Notes: generated by a model not told the origin, from the sequence alone. Positions 19,404 to 29,328 are shown, numbered from the stretch's first letter. The stretch: 64,000 nt of DNA from an uncultured Pelagibacteraceae bacterium (GCA_902560565.1 CACEMG010000001.1:166194-230193), one strand, 5' to 3'. Made by a program: numbers and translations.

Positions 19404-20477
19404 CTAAAGCTTTACTCCAGCTCCTTTTAGAAAGGCTGCATTTTGATCTAATTGCCATCTTGGTTTTGCAGGAGTATCTAGTTTACTAAATTTTTTCAAT
19501 CTAAACTTTTCTAAACCTACCATTGCAATCATTGCCGCATTATCACCGCATAAATTAAGGGGTGGGAAAATAGGAATGAAGTTTTTATCTAAACTTAATT
19601 TTTCTAAATTATTTCTTATATTTTTATTTGCCGCCACTCCACCAGCTATAACAAAAAATTTTTTTTTTGATCCAGATATTTTTTCGAATTGATCAAAAGC
19701 AATTTTGGTTTTCTTAACTAGTATTTGTTCAATTATTTTTTGAAATGATGCTGCCAAATCAAATTTGTCTTGATCGTTTTTAATTGTTTTAGAAATTTTA
19801 AGGACAGCTGTTTTAAGACCAGCGAAAGATAAATTACAGCCACCTTTGTTGAAAATTGGTTTTGGAAGATCATATCTATTTTTGTTTCCTTTAGCAGCAA
19901 ATTTTTCAATGAATGGCCCACCGGGAAATTTTATACCTAACAACTTCGCAGTTTTATCAAAAGCTTCACCTAAGGCATCATCTATTGTCGTCCCAAGTCT
20001 TTTATATTTTCCTAAATTTTTTACAGCTAAATACTGAGAATGACCACCAGAAATTAATAATAGTAAATACGGATAATTTAAATCAGTTATAAGTTTTGGA
20101 CTTAGAGCATGACCCTCAAGATGATTAACTATAATCAGTGGCTTCTTCAGTGTCATAGCCAGAGCTTTTGCAAAATTTAAACCAACTGACAAACAAACTA
20201 TCAAACCAGGACCACCAGTTACTGCAATAGCATCTATATCTTTTAATTTTTTTCCACTCTTTTTTAAAGCCTCGTTAACAATTAAATCAATTTTATCAAT
20301 ATGAGATCTAGCAGCTAATTCAGGAACTACACCACCAAATTTTTTATGTATTTGCTCTTGGCTAGAAACTATGTTTGACAGTAAATTAGGTATACTTTCT
20401 GTACTTTCTTCTAATACAGCGGCCGCTGTTTCATCACAACTTGTCTCAATTCCCAAAATTAATGCTCTTTTTTTCAT
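19404..20477 (-). CDS. tsaD: tRNA N6-adenosine threonylcarbamoyltransferase
   Basis: LGIETSCDET, GGVVPELAARSH, NHLEGH, DDALGEAFDK, GGVAAN, DNAAMI. Confidence 0.96.
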   Translation of the reverse strand: MKKRALILGIETSCDETAAAVLEESTESIPNLLSNIVSSQEQIHKKFGGVVPELAARSHIDKIDLIVNEALKKSGKKLKDIDAIAVTGGPGLIVCLSVGLNFAKALAMTLKKPLIIVNHLEGHALSPKLITDLNYPYLLLLISGGHSQYLAVKNLGKYKRLGTTIDDALGEAFDKTAKLLGIKFPGGPFIEKFAAKGNKNRYDLPKPIFNKGGCNLSFAGLKTAVLKISKTIKNDQDKFDLAASFQKIIEQILVKKTKIAFDQFEKISGSKKKFFVIAGGVAANKNIRNNLEKLSLDKNFIPIFPPLNLCGDNAAMIAMVGLEKFRLKKFSKLDTPAKPRWQLDQNAAFLKGAGVKL

Positions 20478-20535
20478 TAAATTTCTTTTTATAAATTATA
20501 AATTTCCAATATAAAAATTAATTGAAATTAATTCT

Positions 20536-21462
20536 ATGAAAAAAAAAATTACTATAGGAACAAGAGGAAGCAAATTGGCTTTGATTTACGCTAAAATTGC
20601 TGAAAAAAATATTAATAAATTTAAATCAAGATTTTCAATAAAATCTGTGAGTATTAAAAAAGTTATTACAAAAGGAGACAAGATCCAGAATAAAAGACTA
20701 TCTGATATTGGTGGAAAAGGTTTATTTACAAAAAAAATTGAAAATGAACTTTTAAACAAAAAAATAGATATTGCGGTTCACGCATTAAAAGATATTCCAT
20801 CAAAAGTGTCTAAAAAATTTTATACTAATTGTTTTCTTAAAAGAAATGATCCAAGAGAGGTTTTGATTACTAGAAAAAAACAGAAATTTAAAAATCTTCC
20901 AAAAAATTCTGTAGTAGGTACATCATCTTTTAGAAGAGAATATCAGCTTAAAAGAATAAGGAAGGACTTAGTTTATAAATTGATAAGAGGAAATGTTGAT
21001 ACAAGAATCAAAAAATTAAATAATAAAATTTATGATGCAATAATTTTATCATACGCAGGTTTAAAAAGTTTAAAAATGCAAAAAAAAATATCCCAAGTAT
21101 TTTCTTTGTCGGAAATAATTCCTAGTGCTGGTCAGGGTGCTATCGCCTTACAGTGTAGAAAAAATGACTTTGGAATGATAAAATTACTGAAAGCTATAAA
21201 TCATAGGCAAACCAATATATGCGTAAATGCTGAAAGAGATGTTCTTAAAGTGCTAGATGGAGATTGTGAAACACCTGTTGGAGTAAATGCGACAATTCAA
21301 AATAATAAGTTAAATATTGTTACAGAATTATTTTCTTTAGATGGAAAGAAAAGATTTTACCTAAAATCTTCTAAAAAATTATATTTAGCACATTTAGCTG
21401 GAAAAGAACTTGGTGAAAAAATACAAAAAAGATCTAAAAATCACTATAAGAAAAAAAGATAA
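20536..21462 (+). CDS. hemC: Hydroxymethylbilane synthase
   Basis: IGTRGSKLA, GGKGLFTK, DIAVHALKD, GTSS.RR, IRGNVDTR, cofactor Cys in GDCETP. Confidence 0.95.
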   Translation: MKKKITIGTRGSKLALIYAKIAEKNINKFKSRFSIKSVSIKKVITKGDKIQNKRLSDIGGKGLFTKKIENELLNKKIDIAVHALKDIPSKVSKKFYTNCFLKRNDPREVLITRKKQKFKNLPKNSVVGTSSFRREYQLKRIRKDLVYKLIRGNVDTRIKKLNNKIYDAIILSYAGLKSLKMQKKISQVFSLSEIIPSAGQGAIALQCRKNDFGMIKLLKAINHRQTNICVNAERDVLKVLDGDCETPVGVNATIQNNKLNIVTELFSLDGKKRFYLKSSKKLYLAHLAGKELGEKIQKRSKNHYKKKR

Positions 21463-22161
21463 ATGCATATTTTATTTACTAGACCATTTGATGATTGCCA
21501 TGAATTAATGTTAAGATTTAGATCCTTGGGACATATGGTTTCGCATATACCTGTGATTAGTATCCAAAAAATAAATTATGAAAGTTTAGATTTTTCTCCT
21601 TTTAAAGGAATTATATTTACAAGCACTAACGCTATTAAATTTTTAGATACACGAAATATCGATAAAAAAATAAAATGTTTCTGCGTAGGAAATGCAACAG
21701 AAAAAGTCGCTAAAAATAGAGGGTTTCAAAACATATATGTAGCAGGTGGAAATGTTGAAAATCTCAAAGAGATTATTTACCAAAATTTTGAAACCTCCGA
21801 TGGAAAATTAATTTATGTTACAGGGCAAATAATATCTTCAGATCTAGATAAAGAATTAATTTCTGAGGGTTATAATTTAAAAAGGATAATTAATTATAAA
21901 GCTATTGAGCAAAAAAAGTTTAATAATGATGAGATTGAAAAAATTAAAGATAAAATGCCTGACATCGTTTATGTTTACTCTCAAAATAGCGCGCTAAGTT
22001 TTTTGAATATGATAAAAAATTACAATCTTAAAAGCTTTTGGATGAATACCAATTTAATGTGCATAAGTGAAAAAACTTCAACTGTTTTAAATGAAATAAA
22101 ATGGAAAAAAATATTTCTTTTTAACCCTGGAGAAGAAGAATTTTTGCTGTATAAAATTTGA
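21463..22161 (+). CDS. hemD: Uroporphyrinogen-III synthase
   Basis: ILFTRP, IFTSTNA, CVGNAT, YS..SA; immediately after hemC. Confidence 0.88.
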   Translation: MHILFTRPFDDCHELMLRFRSLGHMVSHIPVISIQKINYESLDFSPFKGIIFTSTNAIKFLDTRNIDKKIKCFCVGNATEKVAKNRGFQNIYVAGGNVENLKEIIYQNFETSDGKLIYVTGQIISSDLDKELISEGYNLKRIINYKAIEQKKFNNDEIEKIKDKMPDIVYVYSQNSALSFLNMIKNYNLKSFWMNTNLMCISEKTSTVLNEIKWKKIFLFNPGEEEFLLYKI

Positions 22162-22163
22162 TT

Positions 22164-23249
22164 ATGGAAATATTTAATAACTTTAAAGATTTATTTTTAT
22201 CTGTCTGGAACAGAGGAATTTTAGGTATTGATATTTTTGAGATTTTGATTGGGTTAGGTATTTTTCTAATTTTTTTAATTTTTAGAGGACTAATAAGTAA
22301 GTTAATAATTAAAAAATTAGAGATAATTTCAAAAAGAACTACAAATAAGTTAGACGATACTTTTGTTAAAGCAATGGTAGGTCCAGCGAGATTTTTACCA
22401 ATTGTTCTAGGATTTTTTATTGCAAGCTACTATATGTCATTTTCAGAGGATACCAGGTCGTTTGTGGATAATCTTAATAGAACGTTAATAACAATTTTAC
22501 TTTTTTGGATCATCCACCAAATTATTGAACCTATCTCATACATACTAAGTGGATTAGGAAAAATTTTAACAAGAGAATTGATTGGATGGATAATTAAATC
22601 ACTAAAAATATTAATTTTCATTTTAGGAGCTGCTGCAGTTCTAGAGTTATGGGGAATAAAAATTGGCCCAATAATTGCCGGTCTTGGTCTATTTGGTGTT
22701 GCAGTTGCTTTAGGAGCTCAAGATTTATTTAAAAATTTAATTTCAGGAATATTAGTTTTAGTTGAAAAACGTTTTAAAATGGGAGATTGGATTTTGGTTG
22801 AAGGGATCATAGAAGGTATAGTTGAAAAAATTGGATTTAGATCTACCACAATAAGAAAATTTGATAAATCGCTTGCAATAATTCCAAATTTTCAATTTGC
22901 AGAGAATGCTGTTATTAACATCAGTCAAACTACAAATTGGATAATAAGTTGGATAATTAATCTCCAATACGACACTACTGTAGATCAACTTAAAAAAATT
23001 AGAGATGATATTGAGGATTATATAAAAAACTATGAAGATTTTAACATTGAACTAGGTTATGCGGTAAGAATTGATAAATTTGCTGAAAGTTCCATTGATA
23101 TGTATGTACGTTGTTTTACAAAAACCAATGAATGGGAAAAATGGCTTTCAGTTAAAGAGAGATTAGCTATACAAATTAAACAAATTGTAGAAAAAAATGG
23201 CGCCGCTTTTGCATTTCCAAGTCAATCTATATATGTAGAAAAAAAATGA
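22164..23249 (+). CDS. mscS: Small-conductance mechanosensitive channel (MscS family)
   Basis: GLGLFGVAVALGAQD, F..GDWI, GIVEKIGFRSTTIR, IPN, AFPSQ. An alternative TTG start lies at 22158. Confidence 0.9.
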   Translation: MEIFNNFKDLFLSVWNRGILGIDIFEILIGLGIFLIFLIFRGLISKLIIKKLEIISKRTTNKLDDTFVKAMVGPARFLPIVLGFFIASYYMSFSEDTRSFVDNLNRTLITILLFWIIHQIIEPISYILSGLGKILTRELIGWIIKSLKILIFILGAAAVLELWGIKIGPIIAGLGLFGVAVALGAQDLFKNLISGILVLVEKRFKMGDWILVEGIIEGIVEKIGFRSTTIRKFDKSLAIIPNFQFAENAVINISQTTNWIISWIINLQYDTTVDQLKKIRDDIEDYIKNYEDFNIELGYAVRIDKFAESSIDMYVRCFTKTNEWEKWLSVKERLAIQIKQIVEKNGAAFAFPSQSIYVEKK

Positions 23250-23539
23250 TTGCATTATTTTATTTAGTGCTTCAGGTTTTAAAACTTTATACTTATGTTG
23301 TAATTGCTAACGTAGTTATAAGTTGGCTTGTTGCTTTTAATGTCTTAAACACATCAAATAGGTTTGTGTATCTAATTTTAGATTTTACATATAGGCTTAC
23401 TGAACCTTTACTAATGTATATTAGGCGTTTTTTACCAAATCTGGGTGCTTTCGACATTTCTCCAATTATTCTTCTCTTGTTGATATGGTTTGTAGAAATG
23501 TGTATGAAACTATATCTAGCACCAATTTTATTTAATTAA
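23246..23539 (+). CDS. yggT: YggT family membrane protein
   Basis: ISWLVAFNV.N, RLTEPLL..IRRFLP....DISPI. Confidence 0.9.
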   Translation: MIALFYLVLQVLKLYTYVVIANVVISWLVAFNVLNTSNRFVYLILDFTYRLTEPLLMYIRRFLPNLGAFDISPIILLLLIWFVEMCMKLYLAPILFN

Positions 23540-23541
23540 TT

Positions 23542-24387
23542 ATGATTTTAATTGACGGAAAAAAAGAAGCAGCAAACTTACGAGAAGAATTAAAAAAAGA
23601 AGTTTCTCAACTTAAAAAGAAATATAGTAAAGTTCCTGGTCTTACCGTAATTTTAATCGGAGATCTTACTCCCAGTCAAATTTATGTAAGAAATAAAGAA
23701 AAATCTGCAAAAGAGGTTGGATTGAAATCTGAGGTAATTAAGTATCCAGATAGCGTTGAAGAAACCACAATATTAAACAAAATTAATGAATTAAATAAAG
23801 ACGAGACAGTATCTGGGATTTTAGTTCAATTACCTTTACCCAAGCATATTAATAAAAAAAAAGTTATAGAAGCTATTATTCCCGGGAAAGACGTTGATGG
23901 TTTTCATCCTGTAAATATTGGCAATCTCTCATCTGGCTATGAAAGCTCAATTCCATGTACTCCCTTAGGCTGTTATTTGTTAATTAAAAAAGTGGAACCA
24001 AACTTGACTGGAAAAAAAGCGGTTGTTATTGGAAGATCAAATTTAAATGGCAAACCTATGACACAATTACTCTTAAAAGAAAATTGTACAGTTACAATAA
24101 CCCATTCAAAAACAGAGGATTTAAAAGGGGAATGTTTAAAGGGAGATATTGTTGTAGCAGCTGTAGGAATACCAGAGTTAGTAAAAGGTGATTGGATTAA
24201 AAAAGATGCAATTGTAATTGACGTTGGTATCAATAAAACGGTGAAAGGTATCGTTGGTGATGTTGCTTTTGATGAAGTTTCAAAAATTGCTAAAGCTATT
24301 ACACCGGTTCCAGGTGGGGTAGGTCCTATGACTATTGCCTGTTTATTAAAGAACACTGTTGAGTGTTTTAAAAGATCACAAAAATAA
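23542..24387 (+). CDS. folD: Methylenetetrahydrofolate dehydrogenase/cyclohydrolase
   Basis: YVRNK, GILVQLPLP, KDVDGFHP, PCTP, ITPVPGGVGPMT. Confidence 0.97.
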   Translation: MILIDGKKEAANLREELKKEVSQLKKKYSKVPGLTVILIGDLTPSQIYVRNKEKSAKEVGLKSEVIKYPDSVEETTILNKINELNKDETVSGILVQLPLPKHINKKKVIEAIIPGKDVDGFHPVNIGNLSSGYESSIPCTPLGCYLLIKKVEPNLTGKKAVVIGRSNLNGKPMTQLLLKENCTVTITHSKTEDLKGECLKGDIVVAAVGIPELVKGDWIKKDAIVIDVGINKTVKGIVGDVAFDEVSKIAKAITPVPGGVGPMTIACLLKNTVECFKRSQK

Positions 24388-25599
24388 TTATCGTAATTTT
24401 TTTTTGTGAAAATTAATAAATCTTTCTACATTCTTTTTATTAAAACTTTTATTTTCCTCAAAAGAAACATTTTTAAGTGAGTAAGCTTTACTGTTTGTAA
24501 CCCTTGAAACAATTGTAGCATTTCCTTTATAAAGTTTAAGCTTAATTGAGCCATTTACTTTGTCTTTATTTAAGTCAACTATTTTTTGTAGTTTAAACCT
24601 TTCTTTTGAAAACCAATAACCATTATAAATTAATTCAGCGTATCTTGGCATAATGTTTTCTTTTAAATGCATTGTTGATTTATCCAATGATACCGACTCT
24701 ATTGCTCGATGTGCAATCATAAGTAATGTTCCACCAGGTGTTTCGTAAACTCCTCTTGATTTTATTCCCAAAAATCTATTTTCCACCAAATCTACTCTTC
24801 CTATGCCGTTATTTCCAGCAAGATGATTTAACTTCTGTAAAAGTTTTGCTGGAGACAATTTCTTATCGTTTAAACCTATTGGATCACTTTTTTTAAAATT
24901 AATAGTCACATAGGATGCTTTGTTAGGAGCCTTTTCAGGTGAATTAGTTCTTTGGAATATAAATTCTGGCGCTTGATTCTTCGGATTTTCTAAAATCTTT
25001 CCCTCGGTTGATGTATGAAATAAATTATCATCAATTGAGAAAGGCGGCTCTCCTTTTTTGTCTTGTGGTATCGGAATTTTATTCTTTTTGGCATACTTAA
25101 TAAGATCAGTTCGAGAATTTAAATTCCAAATACGCCATGGCGCAATCACTTTCATTTTAGGGTTAAAAAAGTAGTAACCAAGTTCAAATCTAACTTGATC
25201 GTTTCCTTTTCCTGTAGAGCCATGTGATACAGCATAAGCTTTAAATTTTTTAGCAACTCTAATTTGTGCCTTTGCAATTAGTGGTCTAGCGATAGAAGTT
25301 CCTAATAAATACACACCTTCATAAACAGCGTGGCCTCTAATCATTGGAAAAACGTATTCTTTAACAAACTCATTTTGTAAGTTTTCAATTATAACATTTT
25401 TTACGCCCAAATTTTTTGCATTATTGATAATTTTTTTCTTATTAAGTTCCTGCCCTATGTCAGCTGTATAACAAATTACATCAGCTTTAAAATTTTCTTG
25501 AAGCCATTTTAAAATTATAGAAGTATCTAAACCACCGGAATAGGCTAAAACAATTTTTTTTTTTCGTTTTTTTCTAGCTACAGCTTTTTTTCGCTTCAT
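24388..25599 (-). CDS. argG: Argininosuccinate synthase
   Basis: LAYSGGLDTS, GTSIARP, HGSTGKGNDQVRF, KSRGVYETP. Confidence 0.97.
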   Translation of the reverse strand: MKRKKAVARKKRKKKIVLAYSGGLDTSIILKWLQENFKADVICYTADIGQELNKKKIINNAKNLGVKNVIIENLQNEFVKEYVFPMIRGHAVYEGVYLLGTSIARPLIAKAQIRVAKKFKAYAVSHGSTGKGNDQVRFELGYYFFNPKMKVIAPWRIWNLNSRTDLIKYAKKNKIPIPQDKKGEPPFSIDDNLFHTSTEGKILENPKNQAPEFIFQRTNSPEKAPNKASYVTINFKKSDPIGLNDKKLSPAKLLQKLNHLAGNNGIGRVDLVENRFLGIKSRGVYETPGGTLLMIAHRAIESVSLDKSTMHLKENIMPRYAELIYNGYWFSKERFKLQKIVDLNKDKVNGSIKLKLYKGNATIVSRVTNSKAYSLKNVSFEENKSFNKKNVERFINFHKKKLR

Positions 25600-26080
25600 T
25601 ATAAGCTTTTGTAAAACCTAGCAGAGAATAATGATCAATTGTTTGTGAGCCAGATGAGTTATATCCTAAAATCATTATTCTTGACCCTTTTTTCATTGTT
25701 CTAATCATTTTTTTTTCAACTTTATTATCAGCTATCCATGCAAAATTTTCCTGTGAAATGTCAAATTTATATTTGAACTTTCCAGACTTTGCAGTAATTG
25801 AATTTTGTTTATTAAATTCGTATCCAGCAGTAAGACTAATTTCATCTTTAATCTTTTCACCAGGTCTAAAAGATACAAATAATCTGGAATCTCTTTTATT
25901 ATTTTTGGGTGACTGTAGTATAGGTTTTGATTGAGCAAAGCAAACAATGCCATTAGATTTAGTTAAAACCAAAGTTTCCCAGTCTTTAAATTTTCCTACT
26001 TTCTTAACTTCTTCCGCTAAAAGGTTGAAAGGAAATAATATTAAAATTGTACTAAAAATAAATTTATTAATTATGGACAT
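25574..26080 (-). CDS. Invasion-associated locus B (IalB) family periplasmic protein
   Basis: Signal peptide, F.DW, CFA.SKP, MKKG, D.YSLLGFTKAY...C. Confidence 0.75.
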   Translation of the reverse strand: MSIINKFIFSTILILFPFNLLAEEVKKVGKFKDWETLVLTKSNGIVCFAQSKPILQSPKNNKRDSRLFVSFRPGEKIKDEISLTAGYEFNKQNSITAKSGKFKYKFDISQENFAWIADNKVEKKMIRTMKKGSRIMILGYNSSGSQTIDHYSLLGFTKAYNEAKKSCS

Positions 26081-27108
26081 GGATTTGGATATAATTTTTG
26101 AACATCGTTTATACTTTTTAAAATTTCATCTGAAAGACTAACATTTACACTTTCTATATTAGTTTTCAACTGCTGCATAGTTGTAGCACCAATAATTACA
26201 CTAGTTACAAATGGTTGAATTTCACAAAATTTAAGGGACATTTGTGCCATATCTAAATTATGATCTAGTGAAATCTGATAGTATGCCTCAACAGCATTTT
26301 CTCTATTTGGCTTATTATATCTTGTCCAAAAATTATCATTATGGTCTAGTCTTGATTTTTTTGGTTTCTTATTATTTCTATATTTTCCTGTTAAATGACC
26401 AATTGCCAATGGAGAATAAGCTAAAAGTCCTATTTTGTTTCTCACAGAAATTTCAGCTAATCCAACCTCATACGATCTATTTAGAAGATTATATGGATTC
26501 TGAATTGACATCATTCTAGGAAGTTTTTTTTCTTTTGATATTTCAAGAAATTTATTTACCCCCCAAGGTGTCTCATTTGATAAACCAATATATCTTATTT
26601 TACCTGCTTTTATAAATTTCTGTAAATTTTCTAAAATTTCCTCAAATTTATTCCAACTCTCATCGTCAGAGTGTTCATACCCAAGTCTCCCAAACATATT
26701 AGTATTTCTTTCGGGCCAGTGTAATTGATATAAGTCTATATAATCGGTTTGAAGCCTTTTTAGGCTTCCTTCTATTGCCTCTGTTAAGTTTTTTTCTCCA
26801 TATTGGTTTCCACCACCTCGCACATAAGATCTCATTGGACCACAAACTTTTGTAGCTAAAACTACATCTTTTCTTCTTTTAGATTTTTTAAACCAGTTAC
26901 CTATTATAATTTCAGTGTGCCCAAAAGTTTCTGCTTTAGGTGGTATTGAGTATAATTCTGCTGTATCCCAAAAATTAACTCCTTGATCAATTGCATAGTC
27001 CATTTGTTGAAAACCTTCATCTTGAGAATTTTGTTCGCCCCACGTCATAGTACCGAGACATATTGTGCTCACTTTTAAGTCAGTATTTCCTAGTTTTTTA
27101 TAATTCAT
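26071..27108 (-). CDS. tas: Tas-like NADP(H)-dependent aldo/keto reductase
   Basis: LGTMTWGEQN, DTAELY, DLYQLHWP, IGLSNETPWG, YPNPCP. Start is ATG 27108. Confidence 0.9.
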   Translation of the reverse strand: MNYKKLGNTDLKVSTICLGTMTWGEQNSQDEGFQQMDYAIDQGVNFWDTAELYSIPPKAETFGHTEIIIGNWFKKSKRRKDVVLATKVCGPMRSYVRGGGNQYGEKNLTEAIEGSLKRLQTDYIDLYQLHWPERNTNMFGRLGYEHSDDESWNKFEEILENLQKFIKAGKIRYIGLSNETPWGVNKFLEISKEKKLPRMMSIQNPYNLLNRSYEVGLAEISVRNKIGLLAYSPLAIGHLTGKYRNNKKPKKSRLDHNDNFWTRYNKPNRENAVEAYYQISLDHNLDMAQMSLKFCEIQPFVTSVIIGATTMQQLKTNIESVNVSLSDEILKSINDVQKLYPNPCP

Positions 27109-27122
27109 AGTATTTAAGACTT

Positions 27123-27153
27123 CTTGAAAATATTTTAAAAAATTACTATATAT
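27123..27153 (+). promoter_or_regulatory. Putative RpoH (sigma32)-type promoter for the YccA/BI-1 gene
   Basis: CTTGAA-17 nt-CTATATAT resembles the alphaproteobacterial RpoH consensus. Confidence 0.4.
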
Positions 27154-27161
27154 ACACTCAT

Positions 27162-27917
27162 ATGGACTTAAATAGACAAAACATTTTTCAAGCAACAGCT
27201 ACAAAAAAGACAGTAGTTTGGGACGCTGGGCTGAGATCCTACATGCTCAAAATTTACAACTATATGGCAACTGGTGTTTTGTTAACTGGTATTATTGCTT
27301 TATTATCTTTTAAACTTTCAGTGGAGACAGGTTCAAATGGAGCTATCACAGGATTTACACCAATGGGTGAAGCTTTGTTTTTTTCAGGACTTAAGTGGGT
27401 AGTGATGTTGGCTCCTCTTGGAGTAGTGTTTTATATGAGCTTTGGTATAAACAAAATGAGTTCAGCAAAAGCGCAAACAGTGTTTTGGACTTTTGCAGCA
27501 TTGATGGGATTATCATTATCCTGGATATTGCTTGTTTATACAGGTGTGAGTGTCGCGAGGGTTTTCTTTATAACTTCAGCAACTTTCGGCGCGATGAGTA
27601 TTTATGGATACACAACTAAGAGAGATTTAACAAAGCTAGGTTCATTTTTAATGATGGGTTTAATCGGGATTATAATTGCATCATTAGTAAATATTTTCCT
27701 TAAGTCAGCGATGATGTACTTTATAGTCTCTATTTTGGGTGTATTAATATTTGTAGGATTAACTGCTTACGATACACAAAAAATAAAAAATATGTATTCA
27801 GCATCTGACAGTGGAGAAGTTATAGGCAAAAAAGCTGTAATGGGTGCGTTAACATTATACTTAGACTTTATAAATTTATTTATAATGCTATTAAGATTGT
27901 TCGGCCAAAGAAGATAA
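27162..27917 (+). CDS. yccA: Bax inhibitor-1/YccA family membrane protein
   Basis: DAGLRSYM..YNYM, YGYTTKRDL, TAYDTQKIK, GAL.LYLDFINLF. Confidence 0.92.
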   Translation: MDLNRQNIFQATATKKTVVWDAGLRSYMLKIYNYMATGVLLTGIIALLSFKLSVETGSNGAITGFTPMGEALFFSGLKWVVMLAPLGVVFYMSFGINKMSSAKAQTVFWTFAALMGLSLSWILLVYTGVSVARVFFITSATFGAMSIYGYTTKRDLTKLGSFLMMGLIGIIIASLVNIFLKSAMMYFIVSILGVLIFVGLTAYDTQKIKNMYSASDSGEVIGKKAVMGALTLYLDFINLFIMLLRLFGQRR

Positions 27918-27921
27918 ATTA

Positions 27922-28260
27922 CTATTTAATTTTTTTCCACTTTGTTCTTAAAATTAAATTCTCCAAACTCGACGAGTTATTTATAATCTTGCCATTTGAA
28001 TCTGTTATTGAGTATTTTAAGTTTCGATTTATTGGTTTAAAAGTTTTACAAATTTTATAGACAGCATTTTCAGCTGCATTTTTAAAAACACTAAATGTAA
28101 CTTTTTTGCTAGAAATAGCCAAGCCGTAGTCTTTCCAGGATCCATTTGAAACCATTTTTGCATATAAATTTAGAATTGATTTAAGTTCATCTTTTTCAAA
28201 AAAATAATTCTTCTCTTTTTTGAGTGTATTATTTACAACTAATTTTAAATTTCTATTCAT
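27922..28260 (-). CDS. DUF2794 family protein
   Basis: F.K.EL..IL.LY..MVS.G.WKDY. Confidence 0.75.
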   Translation of the reverse strand: MNRNLKLVVNNTLKKEKNYFFEKDELKSILNLYAKMVSNGSWKDYGLAISSKKVTFSVFKNAAENAVYKICKTFKPINRNLKYSITDSNGKIINNSSSLENLILRTKWKKIK

Positions 28261-28804
28261 CTATTTTATACTTATTTATTATATTGAATTGAAAAGCTGT
28301 GAAAATAAAAGTTATTGGAAGCATACCCCAGACTTTAAAATTTACCCAAAATTCTTCCGATTGAGTTCTCCATATAATTTCATTTAAAATTGCCAAACCT
28401 ATAAAAAAAAATGCCCATCTTTTATTTAAAATCTTCCATCCATCCTCCTGAAGTTTCAATGCATTTCCTAAAAGTTTTTTAAGAACTGGTTCTCGAGTAA
28501 AAAATTTTCCAAAAATCAATCCAAGAGCAAACAAAATATTAATTATTGTTGGTTTCATATATATGAAAATTGGGTTTTTAAAATATATTGTTAATCCACC
28601 AAAGAGCGTAATTAGAATTCCACCAAGTAAAGGCACCATTGGAATTTTTTTTTCTATTATCCAAACAATAGCTAAGGCAATTAATGTTGCTAAAATAAAA
28701 GGAGGGATTGCGATTTCTAAATTTTTTTCATTTTTGTAATAAAATGTAAAGAATACTAATAGAGGGCCAAAATCTGTGACAAATTTGTAAAAAGATTTAT
28801 TCAC
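28253..28804 (-). CDS. yciB: Inner membrane septation protein A (YciB/IspZ)
   Basis: DFGPLLVFF, FGGLT, FIYMKPTI, LNEIIWR, WVNFKVWG. GTG start. Confidence 0.92.
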   Translation of the reverse strand: MNKSFYKFVTDFGPLLVFFTFYYKNEKNLEIAIPPFILATLIALAIVWIIEKKIPMVPLLGGILITLFGGLTIYFKNPIFIYMKPTIINILFALGLIFGKFFTREPVLKKLLGNALKLQEDGWKILNKRWAFFFIGLAILNEIIWRTQSEEFWVNFKVWGMLPITFIFTAFQFNIINKYKIDE

Positions 28805-28847
28805 GCAAAGATATTAACAGATTTGAAAATTAATAATATTTTTTTTA

Positions 28848-28874
28848 TTGATTTTCTTATTTAAATACCCATAT
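28848..28874 (+). promoter_or_regulatory. Putative RpoH (sigma32) promoter for hspQ
   Basis: TTGA-16 nt-CCCATAT, 8 nt before the hspQ ATG; hspQ is a heat-shock gene. Confidence 0.55.
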
Positions 28875-28882
28875 TCATTAAT

Positions 28883-29203
28883 ATGACAATTCAAAAAGCA
28901 AAATTTTCAATAGGAGACGTGGTTAAACACAAGCACTTTGATTTTCGAGGTGTAATATATGATGTTGATTTTAAATTTAACAATTCTGAAGAGTGGTATC
29001 AGTCTATCCCAAAAAACGTTAGACCCAGAAAAGATCAACCCTTTTATCACCTATTAGCTGAAAATGATGATTTGACTTATGAGGCTTACGTATCTGAGCA
29101 AAATTTATTGTTTGATGACTCAGAGGAACCAATAAAGCATCCTTTAATAAACGAGATTTTTTCTGGAAAAAGAGGATCTAGCTATTTTAAACAATCAAAT
29201 TAA
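28883..29203 (+). CDS. hspQ: Heat shock protein HspQ
   Basis: AKFSIG.VV.H...FRGVI.DVD, RPRKDQPFYHLLAE, YVSEQNL. Confidence 0.93.
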   Translation: MTIQKAKFSIGDVVKHKHFDFRGVIYDVDFKFNNSEEWYQSIPKNVRPRKDQPFYHLLAENDDLTYEAYVSEQNLLFDDSEEPIKHPLINEIFSGKRGSSYFKQSN

Positions 29204-29268
29204 CATATCTTTTTTTTAACACAATTGGCACAAATGTTGGTCATACAAAATATGTATTTTTAAGTATA

Positions 29269-29328
29269 TTCTGATCAAGAGTGTAAACGTTTCCCTTAAG
29301 ATTATCTCCCTCACATTCTTGATCAGAA
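29269..29328 (+). ncRNA. Candidate structured RNA: 16-bp hairpin with CU-rich loop
   Basis: TTCTGATCAAGAGTGT pairs with ACATTCTTGATCAGAA (15 Watson-Crick pairs plus 1 G.U). The 28-nt loop contains TTTCCCTT and TCTCCCTC. It lies in an unusually long (178 nt) intergenic gap. Confidence 0.45.
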
